The notes under the pieces were generated by a model. That model did not search any database and was not told the origin of the DNA. It was given only the letters and a program-made list of their open reading frames with translations. The position numbers and the translations under genes are program-made. From positions 45,446,001-45,510,000 of the forward strand of contig CM060734.1 in the NCBI GenBank assembly GCA_030704615.1: 64,000 nt of DNA, written 5' to 3'. Positions 37,204 to 48,058 of the stretch are shown here, one piece after another (the first letter of the stretch is position 1; every line of letters starts with the position of its first letter). This stretch comes from Takakia lepidozioides (taxonomy: Eukaryota > Plantae > Bryophyta).

Positions 37204-38134
37204 TCTTTATTGGCCATCCTATACTTACATAATTTTATAAAATGTTGGGTTTTTTGACACGCTATGTTAATTATATTTTACTGCTACTATCAAATTTTAG
37301 GCACGCTCCAGTAGCAATACAATAAAAGTTTTTTTTTACAATATAAAATAGTTCATTACTTGGTCAAAACAAACTCATCCAAAAAAATAAAAAAATGACG
37401 CCTCTCGAAGGGAGCGTAACTTATGGTGTCGCTTCACCACAAGGGCTACTGCCTTCCAGCTGAAAGGTGGACACCTTCATGACACACCAGACCGTGGTTT
37501 GAATCCACAACCACATCCAACATGGTATGTGCCCGTTACCACTGGGCTACACGCTGGTTGTCAAACTCATCCAAAACTTGTACATTCGTAGCATTCAAGC
37601 TGTAAGCATTATGAACTTTGTCAAAAGTCATAGTATAACGTGAACTAATGATTGAATATATGTCTATCCCTAGTCTATCCACTGACTATCAATTACATCA
37701 TACATCAAAAAGTAATTTAAGATGACCATTATTGCGTTGATATTGATATTGATCGCACAAGAGAAGAGAAGAACGGCGGAAGGCCAACCATAAACTCAAA
37801 CTCCTCTCCCGCGAACCAAGTGCCGTCAACAGTCCAATCCCCAAATCCAAGTCTCGCCCGTCTGCTTATTATTATTTTCTAGATTTTATATACCAAAACA
37901 TATTGTACCCTATATCTTTTCGCACGTCGAGTGGGAATATTTGGAAGTGCCCCCCCCCCCCCCCAGAAAGTGTCAATGGTTAAATATCAGGAGCCAGAAT
38001 TTTCCTACGTGGACGTGTTAAAATGTGACACCTATTATATAGCCACTTTTCTAACCATTATTTTCGCCACATGGGCGCTGGGTAGAATTTACATGTAGCC
38101 TTTGTGGCGATTTTGGAAAACTGAAAAAAAAACA
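36389..38134. mobile_element. old element with long (~140 bp) imperfect inverted termini (MULE-like)
   Basis: 36389-36528 aligns with the reverse complement of 38004-38134 (shared catgtaaat.ctacc.agc, tggctatataa, ttttaaca, gtccacgtagg). No TSD recognised. Confidence 0.55.
37385..37561 (-). mobile_element. tRNA-derived SINE
   Basis: A box TAGCCCAGTGG (37549-37539), B-box-like GGATTCAAACC (37506-37496), T-rich 3' tail, and 15-bp TSD CAAACTCATCCAAAA (37370-37384, 37562-37576). Confidence 0.85.
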
Positions 38135-38379
38135 CCGCGCGGCTGAAGCTGTAAAAGATTGTGGCTGGCCCTTATCAACACAACAGCCCTATTTAGGATG
38201 CTAGCTAGTGCCAAGTTTTTGTTTCGTCGACAAGTTCTCTAATATATTTTAGCCAAAAAATTACATTACTTTTAGCCAAATAACTATATTGTTAATAGTT
38301 GAATTATTGAAGGGGAAGAAGAGTTAAATCTCAAAGGATGCCATACGGCCTCAACAGTCAACCATGACCAAGAAGAAAA

Positions 38380-39230
38380 ACCCTAAACATATTTTCTACA
38401 TTTATTCTAATGATCCCTTAGAGCCAATGTAAGGATATCTTAAATTGGAAAAAAAAACAAAAAACTAAATTATTATTTACTTTTGTTGTAAGGATCCCTT
38501 ATAGAGTTCTAAGCCGCTCTAAGGATTCCATAGAGCGGGAAAACAAATCGGGTAACCATGACGAAGAAGATAAACCTTAACATATTTTTTACATTTATTC
38601 TAACGATCCCTTAATATCCTTAGAGCCAATGGAAGGATTTGTTAGATTCGGAAAATAAACAAGCTAAATTGCTATTTACGTTCGTTCTAAGGATCCCTTA
38701 GAACCGCTCTAAGCCACTCTAAGGATTTCATAAGAAAACAGAAAAAGCTAAATTGCTATTTATATTCGCTCTAAGAATCCTTTAGAGCCGCTCTAGGGGT
38801 TTTTTAGAGTGGAAAAACAGAAAAAACTGATTTGCAATTTACATTCTAGTATTACTTAGAGTGAGAAAATAAAAAAAGATAAATTGCTATTTACATTCGT
38901 TGTAAGGATCCCTAAGAGCCGCTCTAAGCGCTCTAAGATTTTCTACAGCTGGAAACAGAAAAAGCTAAATTGCTATTTGTATTTGCTATAAGGATCCTTT
39001 AGAGCCGCTCTAAGGATTTATTAGAGTGGGAAAACCAAAAAAATCTAAATGGCTATTCACATTTGATCCAAGCATTACTTAGAGTAAGAAAACAGAATAA
39101 ACTATATTGCTATTTGCAATCGCTCTAAGGATCCCTTAGAGCCGCTCTAAGGCTCTGAGCCGCTCTAAGAATTTCTTAGAGTGATGAAAAAAACAACACA
39201 TTCACTCTTAAGAAGAATCACTCTAAGGAT
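38380..39230 (+). repeat. hairpin-repeat array 1 (~60-90 bp units)
   Basis: Repeated unit gctaaattgctatttacattcgctctaaggatcccttagagccgctctaaggattt.ttagagtggaaaa. Confidence 0.85.
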
Positions 39231-39817
39231 TTTTTATTGCGTCGTTGGATTGAATTGGTATATCAGATTACGATCAATATTATACATGTCATATTTGATG
39301 TATACATATGGATATATACACATTATACAATATAGGAATATTAACTCCTATATCAGATTGGACTGGTTTCAGCCCTGCTTTTCACAAAAAAAATTATTTT
39401 TGTATAGGGATTCGAACCCTCATAGCTATCCATTAAAGCATACAAAATTATGGCCCACAGGCCTTTAAAGATTAACCATAAAGGTTCAAAAAATTGGAGA
39501 TGTTGAAATATAATATGATAAACAATTTGATTGAATAGATTTTGAATTTTTTGAAATGATGAAATCTGAGGTTGAAAACATGATATAATATAGTATTGTA
39601 CATTATATACTATATATTGATTTATATTTAAATTATTTAATACATATTATTATATTATTCGTTAATATAAATAGTATATTTGAAATATTTGAAGTTTTTG
39701 AGATGTAATATGATAGATAACTTGATTGATTAGATTTAAATTGGAATGATGAATCTGACATTGAAAGCATGATATAAATTGATAATATATTTATTTTTAT
39801 GATATATAATATACATC

Positions 39818-39860
<43 letters not shown>

Positions 39861-40380
39861 GGTTCTTCTAAATAAATATTTTAGTATGTTCATTTATATA
39901 AATAATATAAATATTTAATATTTTTAATTTGAAATATAAAAATATAGTGATAAGATATAGAGTGATATGAATAAATAATTATGTAGTAAGGAAAAATAAC
40001 AAATGATTGTAACTGATAATGATTGATTTATGATAATTGACTGGTTGATGGAATGATAGTTGATTTATGTAGCGTCGATAGATTATAGCTAAATGCTTAA
40101 ATATATTTAATTATTATTAAATATATATATATTTATTATAATATAAATATTTATTTTTTATATACTTACTTATACTATATATATATATTCTGATTATAAT
40201 TAAATATTTATAATCTTTAAGTTGTATATACTATATTGATATCATGCTTGAATATCATATACACTATAGATTATGATGTAATATTCAAGTGGCATAATCA
40301 CAGTGTAATGAATTTTGATGATTTCTTGGAAATATAAGATAGTGTTTTTGGTAGTTATCTGATAGTGTGTCAAATATGTT

Positions 40381-41490
40381 AGAAGAAAAGAAAACGAAAC
40401 GAAACAAAAGAGAAGAAAGAAAGGAAAGTTCTATTCCGCTGAGCAACTCACACAGAAGTACAAAGAACAGAGATAAAAAAGAAATATAAACAAAGACAGA
40501 AAGTGAAAGAAAAAAACAAATGAAGGCGACTCAGAAGAACTAGGAGACATTTCTATTTTGCCACAGAATTGAATGAACAAAAAAGCATAAACAAACAACA
40601 GAAGCAAAGAAGAAAAACAAACGAAGAGGAAAGAAAAACAAAACAAAAGAGAAAGAAAGAATGGAAAGTTCTATTTTGCTGTCCAATTCACACAGAAATA
40701 CAAAGAACAGAAAGGGAAGGAAAAAAAACAAATGAAGGCTACTTAGAACTAGGAAACAATTCATTTTGCCACAGAACCAAAAGAACAAAGCAACATAAAC
40801 AAACAACAAAAGCAAAGAAGAAACACAAACAAAGAGGAAAGAAAACAAAACGAAAGAGAAAGAACGAATAGAAAGTTCTATTCCGCTGAACAACTCACAC
40901 AGAAATACAAAGAACAGAGATCAGAAAGAAAAATAAACAAAGAACAGAAAGTGAAAGAAAAAAACAAATGAATGCTACTGAGAAGAACTAAGAGACAGTT
41001 CTATTTTGCCACAGAACCGAAAGAACAAAGAAACATAAACAAACAACAGAAGCAAAGAAGAAACACAAACGATGACAAAGGAGCAGAACTGAGAGGCAAT
41101 TCTATTCTATGCAAAAAGCTTGAGTGCAGAAGAAAGTGAAGGAATGATCCTCGTTCTGCATACTTATAGAGTTTTCAAAGGAAAAAAAGACAACAGAATG
41201 AAAGAGAAAAAGGAAGAGAAAGTTCTATTTTATCGAAAAACTCACACAGAAAGACAAAGAATAGAGATTAGAAAGAAACATAAATAGAGAACCAAAAGTG
41301 AAGAACAAAGACAAAGGAAACTACTGAAAATAACTAACCAAAAGGACAGAGAAACATAAACAAGCAACAGAAACAAAGAAGAAACATAGAAACGAAGGTA
41401 AAAGAGCAAAACTGAGAAACGATTCTATTGTCTGCAAACAACTTGCGGAAGAAAGAGAAGAAAATGATCATCGTTTTCTATACTTATAGG
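40381..41490. repeat. A/G-rich degenerate tandem repeat
   Basis: gaaagttctatt...actcacacagaa.tacaaagaacagaga recurs at ~40424, ~40663, ~40871 and ~41218. Confidence 0.8.
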
Positions 41491-41789
41491 GAAAAAATTG
41501 AGGTACAGTCTAAAAAGAATGAATGAAAAATGAAATAATTGGATGAAAACAGAATGAAAAGTTGCTATTTATTAACCTTATCCTACACGCTTTTTGAATA
41601 GGTACTAACTCATGAAGGTTTATTTGAAAAAAGATGTCGGTGCATTACAAATAACTGTATGACCGTTTATCGAAGACAAAATCTTGTTTTAATTGTAATA
41701 AATGGTATCACCTACGTCGGTACATACCAATAAATAGTACATGTGATTCTTAAAGTTGATATATTTATTATAGTATTTTATTTTATTTT

Positions 41790-43190
41790 CCCCTTAGGAC
41801 TCTCTAGTTTAGGGCAATAAAAAATAACAATTTACATCTTTCTATTTTCCCCTCTTAGGACTCCTTATGGCCGCCCTAAGGAGTCCTAATGACAATTATA
41901 AATAACAAAATACATCTTTCCATTTTCCCCCTCTTAGAAGGCTATTATAAATAATAATTTATGTCATTCTATTTTCCCACTCTTAAGGACTCTTTAGGGG
42001 TGCCCTAAGGAGTCCTAATGGCAATTATAAATAACAAAATTCATCTTTTTATTTTCCTCCTCTTAGGCGGCTATTATAAATAATAATTTATGTCATTTTA
42101 TTTTCCTACTCTTAGGACTCTTTAGGGGTGCCCTAAGGAGTCGTAAGGGCAATTATAAATAATAATTTACATCTTTCAATTTTCCCCTCCTTAGGACTCC
42201 TAAGGGCAATTATAGATAATAATTTATATGTTTCTATTTTCCTCCTCTTATAACCTCTTAGGTTGCCTAAACAGGTCTTAAGGGCAATTATTTATGTCTT
42301 TACATTTTTCTCATCTTAGGACTCCTTAGGACTGTTCTATGAAGCCCTAAAGGTAATTATAAATAATAATTTATACGTTATTTTCCCCTCTCTTAGGACT
42401 CCTGAGGGCCGTCCCGAGGAGTCCTAAGGGCAATTATAAATAATAATTTATACGTTTCTATTTTCCCCCTCTTATAACCCCTTAGGCTGCCTAAACGGGT
42501 CTTAAAGGCAGTTATTTATGTGTTTCCATTTTTCTCCTCTTAGGACTGTCCTAAGAAACCCTAGGGATAATTATAAATAATAGTTTATATGTTTTCATTT
42601 TTCCCTTTCTTAGGACTCTTTAGGGCCGTCTAGGGAGTCATAACGATAATTATAATAATAATTTATATATTTCCATTTCCCCCTCTTAGGACTCCTTAGG
42701 GCAGTCCTAAGGAGTCCTAAGGGCAATTATAGATAATAATTATATGTTTCATTTTCCCCCTCTTATAACTCCTTAGTTTGCCTAAACGGGTTTTAAAGGC
42801 AATTATTTATGTCTTTCCATTTTTCTCCTCAAAGGACTCCTTATGACTATCCTAAGAAGTCCTAAGGGTAATTTATAATAATAATGTATATATTTTTATT
42901 TTCTTATAATTTATATATTTCCATTTTCCCCATCTTAGGACTCCTTAGGACCGCCCTAAGGAGTCCTAAGGGCAATTATAGATAATAATTTATATGTTTC
43001 CATTCTCCTCCTCTTATAACCCCTTAGGTTGCCTAAACGGGTCTTAAGGGCAAATATTTATTTCTTTCCATTTTTTTCCTCTTAGGAGTCTTTAGGACTA
43101 TCCTAAGAAGTCCTAAGGGTAATTATAAATAATAATATATATGTTTTCATTTCCCCCCTCTTAGGACTCCTTAGGGCAAGTTATAAATAA
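41790..43190 (-). repeat. hairpin-repeat array 2 (inverted homologue of array 1)
   Basis: Unit ttttcccctcttaggactccttagggc.gccctaaggagtcctaagggcaattataaataataatttata; perfect 16-bp stem at 42685-42700/42706-42721. Confidence 0.88.
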
Positions 43191-43228
43191 TATCTTACTA
43201 TTTTTCTATTTTTAACATAGGTACTAAC

Positions 43229-43955
43229 CAGTGTTGGGCGGTTATTTATATATTTTTGCTACCATGCGGTTGCGGTTACATTGGAACTCAATATTGAAAG
43301 AACCTTGTAGGCTGGTTACTTCAATTTATTGACATTCTAATAACCTGCCGGTTGCGGTTAAGAGTGATATGTTTTTTTGGCCGGGTATCCATAAATCCGG
43401 TTATCATTTCGCTATAACCGAGGGTTATACAACCGGTTATGTATATTTATTTAAAAAAGAATATGGAATTATAGTTGAAACTTCAATCATAAATATGTTT
43501 TCAAGCCTGCATCAGTACAATGGAGCTGGCCTGCAGATTGACGCATGCATCTGGAATTACTAAATAAATTGGGCTCATCAATGGGGATTTCAAAAAATGT
43601 CCAATCATAATGTTTCAATGTGCTTCAATATATGAAGCCTTGGCAATCTCATTCATGAATCTAGCCAAGGACTCACACCTCACAACCACCACTCATAGCC
43701 TTAGGTTATTAGACCCAATATATATATTCATAACCGTCCATTTAAAAAACACCCAACCGGTTGTCTACATCAATTTTTAAAGCTTTGGCCTCCGCCGGTT
43801 ACTATTGGGACCGGTTACTTGTATGCCTACAGTCTGCAGGTTCCTTCCGGGACCGGTTATTTAAATTTTTCATCTCCTGCGGTTATATATATATATATAA
43901 CCAGATAGATAACCAACTGTTATTAGAGACAAGACTAAATAACCTCCCAACATTG
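43229..43955. mobile_element. hAT-type MITE
   Basis: TIR CAGTGTTGGGCGGTT / AACCTCCCAACATTG; 8-bp TSD GTACTAAC (43221-43228, 43956-43963); internal CGGTTA/TAACCG motifs. Confidence 0.9.
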
Positions 43956-45459
43956 GTACTAACACGTAAAGGTTTATTTCAAAAAAGGATGTCAATGCAT
44001 TACGAATGGATGTTTGAACGTTATCAAAAATAAAGTTTTGTTTTAATTATAATAAATAATGACAACCTACCAATTTTGTCGGTACATACCAATATATAGT
44101 ATATGTGACTCATAAATATGATGACCAAAGTTGATACATTTATTATAGTAGTTTACATTTTTTCTATTTCCTTTAGGAAATTTTCTTTTCTTTTCAAGTT
44201 TTCAAGTCTCTCATGATCTCGCTTAGCCTATTCCAACATACATGTACATCTTCCGCAGTTTTTGACAATGTTGCCTATAGTCCGACTCTCTTAATTAGTT
44301 ACAGTAGAAAGAAAAAAATAGATTGAAATACTTAGAATCAGAGTGTTACATGTCCGATCTTTAGATAATGAAAGTGAGACTGAATGTTGTGTGATAGATC
44401 TTTGAATATATATATATATATATATGATTGTTACATGTTTAAGAGCATTGTGTAGTTACAAGTGACTGGTTGTATAAAAGTTAAATTTTGAATAATGTTT
44501 TATTATTTTTAATAGTAAATATGTGTTGATTTAATTCGTACAGTAATATAATTTTTAATGATTCTAATAAGTTTAGGTTATGACTAAAAAGATGAATACT
44601 AAAAATAACTAAAACAATGATTAAAATATAAAGATAAACTATTAAATCTTTTATTGCTATATGCAACTCGTTCTTCCACTTAAGTCTAGAAGTGGTATGG
44701 CATCCTTCTATCTTTTTATAGGGGCTCATCCACCAATAAGCCCCTTATGAACCAAGGGCGGTCCCACAAAGGGCCAACCCCCATACCTGCCTTCACATGC
44801 TGCTTTAGTTGTAGGCCATGCAGCGGACCCCTTTCACCCCTCCTTTCGTTGGGCCAATGGCAAGCCACATTCGGACAGCGGGCATAGGATCTCTCTTATA
44901 AAGAACCGGGGTCAGGCCTAGAAAACTTTATTCGGTAAAATTCATGGCGTGTCATGAATTCTGGACTTTGAGCCATCCCTTTGATGAAGCGGCAGATAGC
45001 GTTTAGAAAGCTCTCAATCCTCTGTTGGAAGCTCTTCAATCTGACCCGGAATCAGAAAGCCTTCGGATGGCCGGGGCCCACCATGACATCCAGTCCATGG
45101 TGGCAATCCAGAGCCTGGATATCCAACATGGTAGCCCTCTGAAAATTGAAGTGGTGACCAAATCATGGATCGTCGTCACCTCTGGGATATGCTGCGTGAG
45201 ATTGGAAATCCCAGTTCAATCCCTTCTCCAGCATTGCCTTTGCAGTTGCAATGTAAAATAAAGTCGCTAGACCCTTAACTTTCTACTTTCCTTTCCTTCA
45301 ATCATGTTCCAGACAGTGTCAGCTTCCCTTAACTTTCTACTTTCCTTTCCTTCAATCATTGTCAGCTTGTGCCGTGGTTATTTCATCGTATACGGCATTA
45401 TCTATTGTGGGATTATTTCATCGTATATGGCATTATCTATTGTGGGACAGCGACAAGAC

Positions 45460-46271
45460 CAGTGTTGGGCGGTTCTTGCATTTGTGAAGGAACCTTTGGT
45501 TCCGGTTCCACAATTATTTCAAGAAACGGTTCCGGATCCGGTTCCGGTATTTTTTTTGAGCTGGTTCCGGTCCGGTTCCGGATCCAACTTTTAAACATGG
45601 GGGCGGTTCCGGTTATCGGTTAGTTGCTGATAAAAACCATCGGTTCCGGTTAGGTTACGATTCTATTTTAAAAATATATTTGTTTAATTTAATTAGATTT
45701 AAAATATTTTATCAGTCCGGTAGATTAAATAGCAGTGTATTCACATATTTGAACTAAAATCCAACGATTTTGTTAGTTTTCACTAACACAAAAAAACAAA
45801 CAAAAATACTCTAAATAAACTGGTAGAAGAAAATGGGTAAAATTTTATGGGTTGAAAGTACTATTCAGCTACCTGGCAAGTATTGGCATCTTCAAACATT
45901 TTAATAATGAACTTAGCCAGGATATCATGGAGCTGGAGATTGAACCCAAGATCTCATGGCGCTGAAGCATTGAACATAGAATCTCATGGCCTTCAAGCAT
46001 TGAACCCAAGATCTCATGAGCTTGAGAGCATTAAATAAGTTTTGCCCTGGGCCACCAGCCCCACCAAGGGGTCAAGAACCGGAACCTGTTTTTACCCCCC
46101 TGCGCCCCGGTTTTCCGGTTCTCACACCCAGCAGGAACCGCCGGTTCGGTTCTGCACCGATCCCCATTCGCAGGTTCCGGGTCAGGTTCTGTAGGAATGG
46201 GCCCGGTTCCGATTAACCTGAACCTGAACCGGCGGTTAACTTGGGTCCCGGCGGGTAACCGCCCAACACTG
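45460..46271. mobile_element. hAT-type MITE
   Basis: Perfect 15-bp TIR CAGTGTTGGGCGGTT / AACCGCCCAACACTG; 8-bp TSD GACAAGAC (45452-45459, 46272-46279); internal CCGGTTC/GAACCGG motifs. Confidence 0.93.
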
Positions 46272-48058
46272 GACAAGACCCTTTTGTTTGACAGGCAAGT
46301 TTACAATTCGGAACTTAGCAAAATAACATGAACTCGACACTCATCTTGGATGAGATCTCAGGTGTGGAGTTTGGAGTTTCAAACAAAGATGTTTTTGCAA
46401 CTTGCAAGCTAACTTACAGGCCTTTGTGAAGCCCCCCCCACTCATCTCTTCCGGCAGCTAAATTTGCACAGCAAGAGGGTCATATCATCCGTGAGCACTG
46501 AGTAGCGAATCAGCGATACGAGGTCACATGCTTGTAACCAGCTCGGAGGGCCCCAGGAATATCGGCACAAGAGCTGTCACATTAATTCCTCAAGGCGTTT
46601 GATGGACTCTCCTGGAATGTCGCACGTTGTCCACTCACATAGTTATGACCCCGCAAAAGTGGCTCCCTTATCGGGTAATTTTAGACTCGGATATTTATAA
46701 CCCGCAAAGATTGAAATGACTGCACTCATTGGTGAACAACATACTTAGCTCTTATCGGGAGAGATCCGGAAAACTGGGCTTCCACACTTCCTGCGTTTCC
46801 CAGAGACCTTCAAGCGGACAGCCGCTTGCACTTCGTGTCTGCCGGATTCTTTCAACGTACTCAAAGATGTGTCTGAGCTGTGTCTTATCCCTGTAAGCTT
46901 CTGCGCTCAGTGTGTAGAAAACTTCTTTCAAGCAGTTTCTCACATTGCCGGCCTCTTCGCTGCTGATCAGTCTCCATGTGCAGAAGCTGCATATGACCTG
47001 TGGCAGCTTGGGTCCTCCGTGAACCAAGTCTCTCCTGCAGCAAATCCAAAACTTCCAGATACAGGACTAATGCTTGACATTATTGCTGAAAGAGGGGGAG
47101 AAGTCCCAAAGTCTGCTTCGTTGCCCTCGCAAAATTAGGAGGACCCATTCTCGTTTGAGAAGGCCAAGCTTGCTTTGTTCTTCCAATTTCTATGGAGTCA
47201 TCACAGATGTGGAGGATCAATGCATAGTTCAAGGGGTCGGTCAATCAAACACAGATGAACTAATAACATATTCCTCAGATGACTAGAGACCAAGGGAAGT
47301 GAAAATCTGTCATTAGCCAGACAAGTCTGCAGGAGCTTTCTCAGGATTGGTGGCTTGCAATAGACAACAGTACAGATAGGCCATAGAAAAAGTGACTTTT
47401 TATTTTCAAGAGTCATGGTGTATAACAAGAATTGTTGGGTCATGAAAATCCATGACCCAAAAAGGATTTTGAGTAGTACTACTCAAAAGTCAATGGTCAG
47501 AGTTTACCGGATTTGATTGCACTTCCTTCCACAAGACAGTGCAAGACTATCGTGAGTAAGTGTCTCGTCCCAAGCGCACCATGTTACCCTACCTGTTCCC
47601 ACTCAGGCTAAGATAAACACAGAGTGTCAAGAGGCATCGTAGTTTATGCAGTGGTCCAGATTAGAAATCCTGTCTTGTGTGAGTTCCAGGGGTTGGAAAG
47701 GACACTATAAAGTGCAGTCAAGGGCTTTTCACCAGTGTTTGTTTCCTGATCCGATGAAAGACATCAGGTTCCACTGCATGGCAGTGGATAGTTGATGGGA
47801 ATAAGTAGGTTACCTGCATTGTAAACGTTAAGAAAAGCTCACGCATTAGAGGAAGTGCCAAGGCCATAAACTCTTGCCAGGACGTGGCATAAGCAAAAGA
47901 GATCTAGGCAAGAAGCAACTGCAACAGAAAGAGACATTCTTCTTCCCACACCCAATTGGCTGTGCAACTGCATCTATCCAAGAAAGGTCTGCACATAGAC
48001 TGTTGCTGCCACCTGACCCCTTATGGTCAGACCTCCAGGATTGCCAGCATTGGATATC

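Noticed and set aside
39395-39485. tRNA gene (B box GGTTCGAATCCC on the minus strand)
   Set aside because: No cloverleaf or convincing A box; at most a decayed SINE head.
40431-40893. Phe/Leu-rich and Lys-rich ORFs
   Set aside because: Translation artefacts of the A/G-rich tandem repeat.
38380-43190. CRISPR-like array (palindromic repeats with spacers)
   Set aside because: The linkers are themselves repeated rather than unique spacers, there are no cas genes, and the context is eukaryotic.
45304-46276. Gly/Ser- and Pro-rich ORFs
   Set aside because: They arise from CCGGTT repeats of the hAT MITE.
46752-47286. possible coding region downstream of the membrane-protein gene
   Set aside because: Short ORFs on both strands with no recognisable motif or consistent splice structure.
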